A stretch of 64,000 nucleotides of DNA from Longimicrobiales bacterium (GTDB lineage: Bacteria; Gemmatimonadota; Gemmatimonadetes; Longimicrobiales; Gaopeijiaceae): positions 273,365 to 337,364 of the forward strand of contig JAWLHJ010000004.1 of assembly GCA_041690395.1 (NCBI GenBank), given 5' to 3'. The number at the start of each line of letters is the position of its first letter. Position 1 is the stretch's first letter. The translations under genes and the position numbers were made by a program. Under the pieces are notes generated by a model. That model had not been told where the DNA came from and ran no database searches. It saw nothing but the letters and a program-made list of their open reading frames with translations. Below are positions 38,728-48,187 of the stretch, in pieces.

Positions 38728-39922
38728 CGAAGCCGCGCTCTTCCAGATGCGTGACGTACCCGTCGAAGTTCCGGCGGATCTCGGCGAGCGAGTCTCCCCC
38801 GAACTTCTCGAGGAACGCATCGGCCAGCACCAGCGCCACCATCGCCTCGCCGACGACCCCGGCCGCCGGCACGGCGCACACGTCGCTCCGCTCGACCGCG
38901 GCGTCACCCTCCGACCCGTCCCGCATGTCGACGCTCGGCAGCCGGCTGCGGAGGGTGGCGATGGGCTTCATCGCGCCGCGAACCAGCAGCGGCTGGCCGG
39001 TGGTCACGCCTCCCTCCAGCCCTCCTGCCCGGTTCGAAGCCCGCCCGAACCCACCGGCCCGGGCGTTCTCCGGCGCGCGGACGATCGGATCGTGCACCCG
39101 CGAGCCCGGTCGTGCCGAGCCCTCGAAGCCGATCCCGATCTCCACGCCCTTCACGGCCTGGATGGACACCACCGCACCCGCCAGCCGCCCGTCCAACTTG
39201 CGGTCCCACGAGACGTGGCTCCCCAGCCCGACCGGCAGGCCGGTCGCGACGACCTCGAAGACGCCACCGAGCGTGTCCCCCCGCTCCTTCGCCGCGTCGA
39301 TCTCGGCCATCATGCGGTCGGCCGCCGCGGCGTCCAGGCAGCGCACGGGGTTGGCGTCGGTGACCGTGTTGAGATCCGTCGGGACCTCCTCGACGTCGGC
39401 GCGCACGTCGCCGATGGACAGGATATGGCTCCCGATCTCGATGCCGAACTCCCCGAGCAGCCGCTTCGCGACGGCCCCGGCCGCCACCCGGGCGGCGGTC
39501 TCCCGGGCGCTGGCGCGCTCGAGCACGTCGCGCACGTCGCGCCGGTCGTACTTCAACGCGCCCGCGAGGTCGGCGTGCCCGGGCCTCGGCAGGTAATGGG
39601 GCCGCAGCGCCTTCGGGTTCACGTCCTCCGGCGGGGCCTCGTGGGCCATCGCCGTGGTCCAGTTATCCCAATCGCGGTTCCAGATGGCCATCGCGATGGG
39701 CGATCCCAGGGTCTCACCCAGGCGTACGCCCGAGATCAGATCCGCCCGGTCCGACTCGATCTGCATCCGTCGGCCCCGGCCGTACCCACCCTGGCGGCGA
39801 GAGAGCTCCGGATCGACGTCCCGTTCCATGGAGAGGGGGACGCCGGCCGGCATCCCCTCGACCAGCGTGATGAGGCCTCGGCCGTGCGACTCGCCGGCCG
39901 TATGGAAAGTGAAGCGCTTCAT
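38717..39922 (-). CDS. aroC: Chorismate synthase
   Basis: TAGESHG, RPGHADL, ERASARETA, NRAGGLEGG, ERSD. Confidence 0.98.
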   Translation of the reverse strand: MKRFTFHTAGESHGRGLITLVEGMPAGVPLSMERDVDPELSRRQGGYGRGRRMQIESDRADLISGVRLGETLGSPIAMAIWNRDWDNWTTAMAHEAPPEDVNPKALRPHYLPRPGHADLAGALKYDRRDVRDVLERASARETAARVAAGAVAKRLLGEFGIEIGSHILSIGDVRADVEEVPTDLNTVTDANPVRCLDAAAADRMMAEIDAAKERGDTLGGVFEVVATGLPVGLGSHVSWDRKLDGRLAGAVVSIQAVKGVEIGIGFEGSARPGSRVHDPIVRAPENARAGGFGRASNRAGGLEGGVTTGQPLLVRGAMKPIATLRSRLPSVDMRDGSEGDAAVERSDVCAVPAAGVVGEAMVALVLADAFLEKFGGDSLAEIRRNFDGYVTHLEERGFGER

Positions 39923-40055
39923 GTCGTTCTCTGATTCACTGGGGACTCCCGCCGAGTATGGCGGCGCGAGGCATTATAACCAAACGGGATAACCGAACGG
40001 GCCGGCCCGCCGCTCATGCGGCGAACCGGCCCGGTCGGGTCGCTGTGACGAACCC

Positions 40056-40086
40056 GGCGGAGGGGGCGCCGAAGCGCCCCCTCGCC
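40056..40086 (-). terminator. Hairpin with C(UUCG)G tetraloop immediately after pilQ
   Basis: Minus strand GAGGGGGCGC-TTCG-GCGCCCCCTC. Confidence 0.6.
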
Positions 40087-40089
40087 ACT

Positions 40090-41808
40090 TCAGCGCGTCG
40101 AGCTGCGGACGATGTGCGGCGTGACCAGGATGATCAGGTCCTGCTGGGTCTCCTGGTAACGCCGGACGCGGAAGAGCGCACCCACGAACGGAAGGTCCAT
40201 CAGCACCGGAATCCCGGTCCGCACCTCGTTCCGCTCGTTCTGGGTCAGACCACCGATGACGACCGTCTCCCCGTCTCGCACCAGCACGCGCGTCTGGGCG
40301 CGCTGGGTCCGGAAGATGAAGCCCGCATCGGAATCGGCGAGCTCCGCGGCCGAACGCTCCGCCTCGAGCTCGAGGAGGATCTGATTGCCGTTGGTCACGT
40401 GCGGCGTCGCCCGCAGGATGATACCGGTCTCCTGCTGCTCGACCTGTGCCGTCGGGAACTGGCCACCGCCGGCTCCCCCGCCTGCGTCGATCGTCCGGAT
40501 CGGCGTGAGCTCACCGACGTGGATCTCCGCCTGCTGGTTGTCGAGCGTCGTGATCTGAGGCTCGGCATGGACGTCACTGATGTTCACCGACGAAAGCGCG
40601 TCGATGAAGTTGATCAGCGTGTGACGGCCGATCACCAGCGAGGTGAGGAACTGGATGCTGGGCGAGACCACGCGCGAGTTCGCGTTGCCGAGCGCCGCGA
40701 TGGAGCTGCCCCCCAGCGAGACGACCGACGTCCCCTGCTCGACCGGGTCGAGCGTGCCGTCACCGTCCGTGTCCGCGAAGCCCGACGAAAGCTGATTGAA
40801 CTGGTTCCCCTCGGTGTCCTTGAGCTCGTACGTCACACCCAGCTCGTTGAGCGCCGAGCGGTCGACGAAGATGATCTTCGCGCTGATGGACACCTGCGGC
40901 GTCTCCACGTCGAGCTGCTGCAGGAGCTCGGTGACCGCGTCCTGGACGCGCTCGATGTCCGACACGATGAGCGTGTTGGTTCCGAGTCCCACCGTCACCT
41001 GGCCACGGGCGGACAGCAGCGGCTGGATCGCGGTCTGCAGCTCCGTGGCGGTCGCGAACGAGATGCGGTGCGCCTGCGTCAGGATCGGCTCGATCGACTC
41101 GCGATCGTTCAGGTCGGTGATGTTGTCGACCCGGATGATGCCGTACTCGTCCTCTTCGGCCCGCAGCCCCTGGGTCGCGAGGATCGAGTTCAGGGCGACG
41201 TCCCACGGACGGTCGTTGATGGTGGCCGTCACGAAGCCGGTCACGTTCGACCCGGGCACGATCGACTTCCCACTGAAGGCCGCGAAGGCCTGCAACACGT
41301 CGTTGATGGGAGCCGCCGTCCACGTCATCGAGATCCGCTCGGCCTGCGCCTGCTGCGGGACCTGGGCCGCCATGGCCGTCGGACGCGCCAGCTCGGCCAT
41401 GCTCCGGGCGCTCACCGAGCCACCGGAAGACCAGGGCTCGAACGCGCCGCCCGGGTTGTCCAGGGTGATGAGCAGACCGGCCTCGGTCGGCACCGCCGTG
41501 TACCCGAGCTCCTGATCGAGCTCGAACACGACGCGCACGACGTCGTCCGAGTACTGGCTGCTCCGGACCGCCCGGATGCCGCCCCGGTCGATGGAGGTGT
41601 AGTTCTCGAGGGGAAGCGCGTGCCGTGAGCCCAGGAAGTCCACGACCAGACGGTGCGGGCCCTCCATGGTGAACTCACGGTAATCGACGTCCCCGTCGAC
41701 GGCGATCAGAACGCTCGTGCCAGTAGCCATCGGAGTGATCGTCACCTCGGTGACGGGTCCTCCGAAGGCCAGGAGCGCTCCCGCCCACAGAGCGAACATC
41801 GACGTCAT
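40090..41808 (-). CDS. pilQ: Type IV pilus secretin PilQ (AMIN + N domains + secretin)
   Basis: AMIN-like PHRLVVDF/VRVVFEL, PWDVAL, PQITTLDNQQA, VRDGETVVIGGL, GIPVLMDLPFVGALF, LIILVTPHIV. Confidence 0.95.
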   Translation of the reverse strand: MTSMFALWAGALLAFGGPVTEVTITPMATGTSVLIAVDGDVDYREFTMEGPHRLVVDFLGSRHALPLENYTSIDRGGIRAVRSSQYSDDVVRVVFELDQELGYTAVPTEAGLLITLDNPGGAFEPWSSGGSVSARSMAELARPTAMAAQVPQQAQAERISMTWTAAPINDVLQAFAAFSGKSIVPGSNVTGFVTATINDRPWDVALNSILATQGLRAEEDEYGIIRVDNITDLNDRESIEPILTQAHRISFATATELQTAIQPLLSARGQVTVGLGTNTLIVSDIERVQDAVTELLQQLDVETPQVSISAKIIFVDRSALNELGVTYELKDTEGNQFNQLSSGFADTDGDGTLDPVEQGTSVVSLGGSSIAALGNANSRVVSPSIQFLTSLVIGRHTLINFIDALSSVNISDVHAEPQITTLDNQQAEIHVGELTPIRTIDAGGGAGGGQFPTAQVEQQETGIILRATPHVTNGNQILLELEAERSAAELADSDAGFIFRTQRAQTRVLVRDGETVVIGGLTQNERNEVRTGIPVLMDLPFVGALFRVRRYQETQQDLIILVTPHIVRSSTR

Positions 41809-42302
41809 TAGGTGCCTCCCTCGCGCCGGGAATTGAATACCAGGGTACGTCGGTCCATGAGACCGAACTCTTCTACGTCCACCACCACCCGCTCGGGGTG
41901 GATCTCCACGATCGTCACGTTTCCGATGCGCTGTCCGACGCGCAGGTAAAACGCGTCTCCGTCCACCGGCGACACCGTCCCGTCCTCGGCCACCGAAACG
42001 CCGCCCGTGCTCAGCACGGCGACGCTCGCCGAGGGCGTCTGCGAATACATGATCCCGATCACGCTCAGCTGCTCGAATCGCGGGCCGGAGCTGTCGTCGT
42101 CCAGCGCCACGAACGGATTCGGGCGCGTGAACGACGGGTACTGGAACACTTCGCGCTCGAACACGAGCTCCGTTTCTTCGGCGGGCGGAGGAGCCTGGGC
42201 TCCTCCCGGCGCGGGCGCCTGAGCACGGGCCGAGCCCGGGATCGCGACGATCGCGGCGGCGAGGGCGAGCGCGACGAGCGCGCGGGATTCACTCATGATC
42301 AT
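41808..42302 (-). CDS. PilP-like pilus assembly protein
   Basis: Signal peptide, RPNPF motif, YLRVGQRIG...IHPERVVV beta domain; between pilO and pilQ. Confidence 0.75.
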   Translation of the reverse strand: MIMSESRALVALALAAAIVAIPGSARAQAPAPGGAQAPPPAEETELVFEREVFQYPSFTRPNPFVALDDDSSGPRFEQLSVIGIMYSQTPSASVAVLSTGGVSVAEDGTVSPVDGDAFYLRVGQRIGNVTIVEIHPERVVVDVEEFGLMDRRTLVFNSRREGGT

Positions 42303-42307
42303 CCTCT

Positions 42308-42916
42308 TCACCCTCCTTCGGGTCCGGGCGCCGGAGCGGCGTTCGGATCGGGAAGGACGTAGGTCTGGATCCGGAACTGGGCCTGCACGGGCGCTTCCAT
42401 GTCCGGGAACAGGTTCGGCTGCTGGAACAGCTGCAGGTCGAGCTCGATCGGCGTCACGATCCGCGAGAGGCTCGCGATGTCGGTCAGGAAACGCGCCACG
42501 CCGTGGTACTCGCCGACGACGGCCATGCTGTACGTGGACTGGTCGTAGTACGTGCCCGGCTGACGGGGCTCGGGGACCATACGCTGGAGCTCGACGCCAC
42601 GCTGTCGCGCCTGATTGGCGATGTCGTCCGCGAGGATGGCCACCTCCTCGGCCGCCGGAATCAACTGCTCGAGCCGGGCCACGTGCCGCTCGTAGAGCGC
42701 CATGCGTTCCTCGAGGTCGCCCCCTCCCTGCGCGGCGAGCACGGAAGCGCGGCGGTTCTGGGTCTCGAGCGCTTCGAGCCGGTCCCCCATCTCCTGGTTC
42801 TCCGCCTCCCTGGGCGCCAGGTAGTACATCCGGAACGGCACGATGAGCAGCAGCGCCAGAATGCCGGCGACCATCCAGTTGCGCTGGGTCGGGTCGGTAG
42901 GGTTGTACCAAGCCAT
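42308..42916 (-). CDS. pilO: Type IV pilus assembly protein PilO
   Basis: TM plus coiled coil, LIPAAEEV, GEYHGVARFL...LSRIV. Confidence 0.9.
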   Translation of the reverse strand: MAWYNPTDPTQRNWMVAGILALLLIVPFRMYYLAPREAENQEMGDRLEALETQNRRASVLAAQGGGDLEERMALYERHVARLEQLIPAAEEVAILADDIANQARQRGVELQRMVPEPRQPGTYYDQSTYSMAVVGEYHGVARFLTDIASLSRIVTPIELDLQLFQQPNLFPDMEAPVQAQFRIQTYVLPDPNAAPAPGPEGG

Positions 42917-42918
42917 GC

Positions 42919-43644
42919 TTAGTTCCCTCCCGACGCGGGGGCCGCGGTCTGGGTCGAGAGCGAGCCGTCGAACAGTGGCACGGTCTGGAGCTCCTCGATC
43001 GGCGGCGTGTCGTAGGTCATCAGCAGCTCGAAGACGTACACCAGGTCCTCGGCGTTCGCCTCGGACGGGACCTGCTCCGCACGGTCCATCTGCACGGCGC
43101 GGAGGAACTCGGAAGCCTCGAGCCGACGCATGAAGTTCGTGATCGCGTAGATGCTCCCGGCACGCCCGTTCACTCTGACCTGCACAGGGTCGCCGCCGGC
43201 GTACACGACCTCACGCAGCCAAGTGTAGTCCGGTACCGCCGCCGCGACCTCGTCGAGGATATGCGGCCAGACGTAACGTCCTTGGTCGATCTCCTGGATG
43301 ATCGCGACGCGCTGTGCGATGGAATCGTTGCGCGCCGTGAGCAGATTCGTCCGCTCGATGAGATCGGCGAAGCGCGTCGAGTCCTGGACTTCTTCTTCGA
43401 TGCGCACCTGGAGCTCTTCCCGTGTACCGTTCACGCCCGAGTACGCCCAGAAGATGTATCCGATGGCAATGCTGAGCGCGACCGCGAAGAAGGCCATGTA
43501 GGGGTCGACCGCGGAGCCTCCTCCGCCGCCTCGACCACCACTGCCGCCGCCACGGAGTCCCTTGAACGCGGCCACGAGGCCGGCGAGCGGGCCTCCGCCG
43601 GACGCGCCCTTCTTACCGCCGGGTAGGAGATTGACTTCGATCAC
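42919..43644 (-). CDS. pilN: Type IV pilus assembly protein PilN
   Basis: IEVNLLP PilM-binding motif, TM, WPHILDEVAAAVPDYTWL. Confidence 0.9.
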   Translation of the reverse strand: MIEVNLLPGGKKGASGGGPLAGLVAAFKGLRGGGSGGRGGGGGSAVDPYMAFFAVALSIAIGYIFWAYSGVNGTREELQVRIEEEVQDSTRFADLIERTNLLTARNDSIAQRVAIIQEIDQGRYVWPHILDEVAAAVPDYTWLREVVYAGGDPVQVRVNGRAGSIYAITNFMRRLEASEFLRAVQMDRAEQVPSEANAEDLVYVFELLMTYDTPPIEELQTVPLFDGSLSTQTAAPASGGN

Positions 43645-43662
43645 GGCTCGGCCGTCCTCGTC

Positions 43663-44697
43663 CTAGGCGCGAAGTGCCAGCCCGAGCGGCAACAGCAGCA
43701 TCGGGGCAGCTTCGTCGATGGAGAAACCGCTCGCCGCGTTCGGCTGTACCGGGACGCGTTCGAACGGGTTCACGAGCTCCGTTTCCACGTTCATGCGCTG
43801 TCCGAGGGCACGGGCCATCCCGGGAATCCGGGCGCCCCCGCCGCTCAGGAAGATGCGCCCCACCGAGGCCCCGTCGTCGCGGGTCATCAGGAAGGCGCTC
43901 GCGCGCTCGATGCCGACCGCCACTTCCTCGGCCGACTGGCTGACGAAGATGTCCAGGTCGTCGATCATCTCACGGGCCTGCACCACGTCCTCGGCCTGCT
44001 CGGCGGTGAGACCGCGCTCACGCTGCAGGTCCTCACGGATCTTCCGCGACCCGAACGAGATGTCCCGGGTCAGGATCGGCACACCGTCCTCGAGGATGTT
44101 CACGTTGGTCGTCTCGTGACCGACGTTGACCAGCGCGATGATCCCGTCCCGGTGATCCGGGTAGTTGTGCTCGAAAGCGTTGTGGAGCGCGAACGCGTCG
44201 ACGTCGATGACCCGAGACGAGACACCCGCGTCCTGGAGCAGCGCCACCTTGTTGTCCACCAGCTCCCGCTTCGCCGCCACGAGGAGGACCTCCATCTGGA
44301 GACCGTCGTCGTGCGGGTTCAGGATCTGGAAGTCCAACTCGACGCTCTTGATGTCGAAAGGAACATGCTGCTCGGCCTCCCACCGGATGACCTCACGCGC
44401 GTCGGATTCCTTCATCCGGTCCATCTGGATCTTCTTGATGATCACGTCGTGGCCGCCGACAGCGGTCACCACGTCGACCCCCTTCAGCCCCGTCTCCTGG
44501 AAGAGCCCGCGCACCGTATCCGCGACGAGACCGTAGTCCATGATCTCGCCTTCGACGATGGCGTCGGGGAGGAGCTGCCGCATGGCGACACGAACCACCT
44601 CGGGCTGGTCGCCCGAGTGATCGACCTCCACCACCTTGACGAAGCCGGAGCCTATGTCGAGGCCGATGGAGGAGCGTTTACGTCCGAAGAGGCCCAT
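43663..44697 (-). CDS. pilM: Type IV pilus assembly protein PilM
   Basis: IGLDIGSGFVKVVE, EAEQHVPF, FLSGGGARIPG actin-like fold. Confidence 0.95.
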   Translation of the reverse strand: MGLFGRKRSSIGLDIGSGFVKVVEVDHSGDQPEVVRVAMRQLLPDAIVEGEIMDYGLVADTVRGLFQETGLKGVDVVTAVGGHDVIIKKIQMDRMKESDAREVIRWEAEQHVPFDIKSVELDFQILNPHDDGLQMEVLLVAAKRELVDNKVALLQDAGVSSRVIDVDAFALHNAFEHNYPDHRDGIIALVNVGHETTNVNILEDGVPILTRDISFGSRKIREDLQRERGLTAEQAEDVVQAREMIDDLDIFVSQSAEEVAVGIERASAFLMTRDDGASVGRIFLSGGGARIPGMARALGQRMNVETELVNPFERVPVQPNAASGFSIDEAAPMLLLPLGLALRA

Positions 44698-44754
44698 GCG
44701 CCGCCTTCATGCAAGGGAGTGGGGAAAGAGATTTTCCCGTGAAAAGTCGAGTCC

Positions 44755-44784
44755 AGCTTACCATCGAAAGTCGAGCCTTGTCAA
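44755..44784 (-). promoter_or_regulatory. Putative sigma70 promoter of pilMNOPQ
   Basis: TTGACA-N18-TAAGCT with extended TGn -10. Confidence 0.65.
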
Positions 44785-44843
44785 GAAGAAATTGGCTTCC
44801 TGTCCCATTCGAATATTTGGTAAACATTTGACGTCATCTTGAG

Positions 44844-44884
44844 CGTGAAAGGCCGGTCGCGCAAGGGCACGACCGGCCTTCACG
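44844..44884 (-). terminator. Hairpin terminator after minor-pilin cassette 1
   Basis: AAGGCCGGTCG...CGACCGGCCTT stem, followed by a short T run on the minus strand. Confidence 0.6.
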
Positions 44885-44887
44885 ATG

Positions 44888-46048
44888 TCAATTCAGGACC
44901 GCGGAGAGGTCGATCCAGCTGCGGTGCTCCAGGGGCCTGGCCCGAGAGAGCGAAGCGTTGTTGAGGATCGCTCGCTGCACGCCGCACGACGAGTACTGGA
45001 TGGTCGACCCGCCGACATATCCCTGCATGTCCATGTCCAGGTTCGACGCCATGACGGCGCCGACGATCCGGTTTCCAGAGCCCTGGGTCTCGAAGGTGCC
45101 CTGGACGATGATGATCCCGTAGAAGACGAAGCTTCCTCGGAGGTCCAACGTGCCGTCCACAAGTAGAATGCCCTGGCCGACCCCGCCGGACTGAATCGTC
45201 AGGGTGGGACCAGGGTGATACATGAGCGGGAAGTACGAACCACACGGATCGGTGGGATTCTCCGGGTCACCCCAGTTGGCGAGCACAGTCTCGTCACAAC
45301 GCCCGGAGCCGTCCAACACCGGCCCCGTGCTGTTGATGTTCGATCCCGCCGACGTGAGATCCTTGCCCTCGAGCTGGGCGAGATCGGAGAGTTCGTCCCA
45401 GTCCAGGTCTCCGAACTGCGTGAAGGTCTCATCCACGATCGTGGCGTCCTCCGCTGCAGGAGGGGTGCCAAGGATCTCGCCGCCGCCGGACGTACTCACC
45501 TGCGACACGTCGTTCGTCACCACGCCGGGCTTATTGGTAACCCCGCTGCAATAGGCCCCCCATCCGGTCGGGGCCGCATCATCACCGAGAATCGACGCGC
45601 TACCCTTCACGGACACCTTCCCCCGGGTCGTGAGCGCGCCCGGTGGATCGATGTCGGCGTAGATGAGACGGGTCACGATCCCGATGTTCCGCGTCGCTCC
45701 GCCCCAGGCCTCGCCCTGGGTGATCTCCCCCGTAGCGTCCAGATAATAGATCACGTTGTTGGTGTTCGTGATGTTCACCGTCCAGATGCCGACATCGGTC
45801 GTATCGACGATGGTCGTGTCTCCCCACATCGGAATGTTGCCGAGCTGGTAGCCGTTCCAGTTCGCCATCACCTCGTTCGAGCCGGCCTGAGCGACGTTGA
45901 CCGCCATGTTCGCGTAGTTGCTGGCCACGCCGATCCGCAGCTCCTGGCGGGCCATGTAGAAGCCCGCGGAGACCAGGGCGGCCATGATCACCAGCGCGCC
46001 GATGGCGGCCGGCATCGCAAAGCCTCGTCTGTCCATATGTGTTTTCAT
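44888..46048 (-). CDS. PilX-like minor pilin with C-terminal beta-solenoid-like domain (cassette 1)
   Basis: RRG/FAMPA class III signal lacking E5, AxxxAQAG helix, GQGILLVDG...FYGIIIVQG repeats. Confidence 0.8.
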   Translation of the reverse strand: MKTHMDRRGFAMPAAIGALVIMAALVSAGFYMARQELRIGVASNYANMAVNVAQAGSNEVMANWNGYQLGNIPMWGDTTIVDTTDVGIWTVNITNTNNVIYYLDATGEITQGEAWGGATRNIGIVTRLIYADIDPPGALTTRGKVSVKGSASILGDDAAPTGWGAYCSGVTNKPGVVTNDVSQVSTSGGGEILGTPPAAEDATIVDETFTQFGDLDWDELSDLAQLEGKDLTSAGSNINSTGPVLDGSGRCDETVLANWGDPENPTDPCGSYFPLMYHPGPTLTIQSGGVGQGILLVDGTLDLRGSFVFYGIIIVQGTFETQGSGNRIVGAVMASNLDMDMQGYVGGSTIQYSSCGVQRAILNNASLSRARPLEHRSWIDLSAVLN

Positions 46049-46100
46049 GATGGCTCCTCGCCCACGCGGCCATGGTACGGCCGGCCGGGCCTCGTCCTGG

Positions 46101-46916
46101 TCAGTTGCGCGTGTAGATCCACATGTCCAGCGAATCGGAGACCATGTCTCCCCCCGGACCCATGACTCGCTCTCCCGTCCGGATCCGAACCTCGATCTGC
46201 CGTACGTCGGTCGGAGTCGACGTGATGTTGCCGAGGGCGTCACGATAGATGAACTGCAACCCATCGGTCCCGGGATAGCGGAGAGGACCCGCGATCGGCG
46301 TGCCGTCCCGCGTCAGGTAAGGCGTGGTCGGGTACAGCCAGAGCCCCGTCCCATAGGTGAAGTACTGGTAGGCACGAACGGGCGCTCCGACACGAACCGT
46401 GTCGTTGACGAAAAGCCCGCCGGCCGTATCCACTTCGAGATCCATCGCCGGGCGACCGAGACATGTCACGGTATTGTCGACGTCGACGAGACCGACCCGG
46501 AGCCACCTATCGTCGCTTCCCGTAGCCTCACGATTGTCCGCGAATACGAGAACCGTGTCGTCGGCGACCGCGAAATCATCACCCGAATTGTCGAGCACCC
46601 GAATCCGGGGGGGGCTGGCGGTCGGACCCACATCGATTTCGCATGCGATGCCGAACTTGCGCATCAAGCGGACCCGCAGGTTCGACGGACCCATCGAGAG
46701 AATGTCACCGTCCGCCGGACTCAACTCCCTGAGCTCGTTGAACATCACCTCGATAGCCATTCGGCTGGCCTGCTGCCCCTCGATGGCGGCACTCTGCGCG
46801 GTGAAGGTCCTCTGATTGGTGATCAGCACTTGAAGCGCTGCCGAGAGGACGATGACACCGAGGACCGACACGACGATCAGCTCGACGAGTGTGAAGCCGT
46901 CACGATTCCTGGTCAT
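46101..46916 (-). CDS. PilW-like minor pilin (cassette 1)
   Basis: RDG/FTLVELIV class III signal, NELRE, LQFIYRD...VRQIEVRI. Confidence 0.85.
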   Translation of the reverse strand: MTRNRDGFTLVELIVVSVLGVIVLSAALQVLITNQRTFTAQSAAIEGQQASRMAIEVMFNELRELSPADGDILSMGPSNLRVRLMRKFGIACEIDVGPTASPPRIRVLDNSGDDFAVADDTVLVFADNREATGSDDRWLRVGLVDVDNTVTCLGRPAMDLEVDTAGGLFVNDTVRVGAPVRAYQYFTYGTGLWLYPTTPYLTRDGTPIAGPLRYPGTDGLQFIYRDALGNITSTPTDVRQIEVRIRTGERVMGPGGDMVSDSLDMWIYTRN

Positions 46917-46919
46917 CGT

Positions 46920-47321
46920 CTATTGCCTCAGAATGCGGAAGACGAACGTGTCGGCTACGGCTGGCGCGAGGTTGCCCATACCGCCCGGGCTCAGACCCGG
47001 CCCGACGGTGACCACGGTCAGGATCTTCGACTGCGGACCGTCATCCTCGGCGTCCCAATTCACCGCGAAGATGCCAACGGAATCTGAGCCGTCCACCACG
47101 TTGTCGTACGGGAGCGACTGAAGCCGATCGATGATCGTCTGCGAAGCGAACGTTCGCTCCGTGAGCAGGTCGCCGAGCGTGACTGTCCGCACGAGGTAGC
47201 CCGTGGAGCCGGCGAGGCCCAGGAGCCCAATGGTCAGGATGACGATGGCGATGATGATCTCGACCATCGTGAACCCGGCTCGGGCATGCGTCGGCACGGC
47301 CGGCGAAACAGTGTCATTCAC
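46920..47321 (-). CDS. PilV-like minor pilin (cassette 1)
   Basis: RAG/FTMVEIIIAIVILTIGLLGLAG; start codon uncertain (GTG 47321). Confidence 0.82.
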   Translation of the reverse strand: MNDTVSPAVPTHARAGFTMVEIIIAIVILTIGLLGLAGSTGYLVRTVTLGDLLTERTFASQTIIDRLQSLPYDNVVDGSDSVGIFAVNWDAEDDGPQSKILTVVTVGPGLSPGGMGNLAPAVADTFVFRILRQ

Positions 47322-47329
47322 GGAGCGGC

Positions 47330-47794
47330 TCACTGGTTGAGCAGGAGCTGGCCCAAGGGCATGGCCCACAGGTTGGTCACCTCGGCGCCCTGATGGAAGT
47401 GCAGGCGCATCAGGGTGCCGGGCGTGCTGCAACTGAGATCGGCGTACCCGCGCGGGCTGAAACAGATCGTGTATTCGGTCAAGCTGCTCGGCAGTGAGAT
47501 CCTCATGTCCAGATTCTCGTCGCCGAAGCGGATGATCTCCAGGATGTCCCCGTCGTCCTCGATCCACACGGAATCCCCCGTCACGTCCGCATGCAACATG
47601 ACGTTCCGGCCCTTCTCGATGCCATGTACCCGCGCCCGGTAGTGGATCGCGGCGTATGTCGTCTGAGCCCCGCGGACCGCGATGCGGGTCTGTGCGCCAC
47701 TGATCTGATTCAGCGCGATCGTCGTCAGGATGCTCCCGATGACGATAGCGATGATCAGCTCGATCATCGTGAAGCCGGTGCGCGTGCGGTACAT
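47330..47794 (-). CDS. FimT/GspH-like minor pilin (cassette 1)
   Basis: RTG/FTMIELII, RAR..GI, ICFSPRG, MPLG. Confidence 0.82.
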   Translation of the reverse strand: MYRTRTGFTMIELIIAIVIGSILTTIALNQISGAQTRIAVRGAQTTYAAIHYRARVHGIEKGRNVMLHADVTGDSVWIEDDGDILEIIRFGDENLDMRISLPSSLTEYTICFSPRGYADLSCSTPGTLMRLHFHQGAEVTNLWAMPLGQLLLNQ

Positions 47795-47841
47795 GATGCC
47801 GGGGTAGCTCAGTGTTCGGGGGGTGTGCCGACTCTGTATGG

Positions 47842-47857
47842 ACCAAGTTCCGTGCCA
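47842..47857 (-). promoter_or_regulatory. Possible sigma54 promoter of minor-pilin cassette 1
   Basis: TGGCACGGAACTTGGT: perfect -24, variant -12 (TTGG). Confidence 0.5.
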
Positions 47858-48070
47858 GAGGTGCGGGGTATGCGGGGATGGGACACTCGGGGCCCGCTCT
47901 CGCCCGGCAACGGCGTGGCTACGGTAATTTGGGCGCAATATCGGGTGCGGAGCCGTCCGAGGCAAAGGATTCCGAGAGCCACCTTTTACCGGGATCGGCA
48001 AGGAGTTCCGGCGGCGGGGTGGTCGTGGGGACGATCCGTGTGACGGACGCGGGCGCGCGCACTCCCCGCT

Positions 48071-48098
48071 TTGAAGGGGGGGCGGCATGGCGTATGCT
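48071..48098 (+). promoter_or_regulatory. Possible sigma70 promoter of the spermidine-synthase-like gene
   Basis: TTGAAG-N16-TATGCT. Confidence 0.4.
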
Positions 48099-48187
48099 CT
48101 GCTCTCGATCGACGCTACCACGCCTCACCCACGGCCTCGCCGCCCCCGCGGGCGCGTACCGTCCGAGACTGTCATGGATCGCGCAAA

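Noticed and set aside
47900..48000. c-di-GMP-I (GEMM) riboswitch upstream of minor pilins
   Set aside because: The ends resemble P1 (GGTAAA...TTGCC), but the GAAA tetraloop, GCAAA and CTAA core are missing and it lies upstream of the putative promoter.
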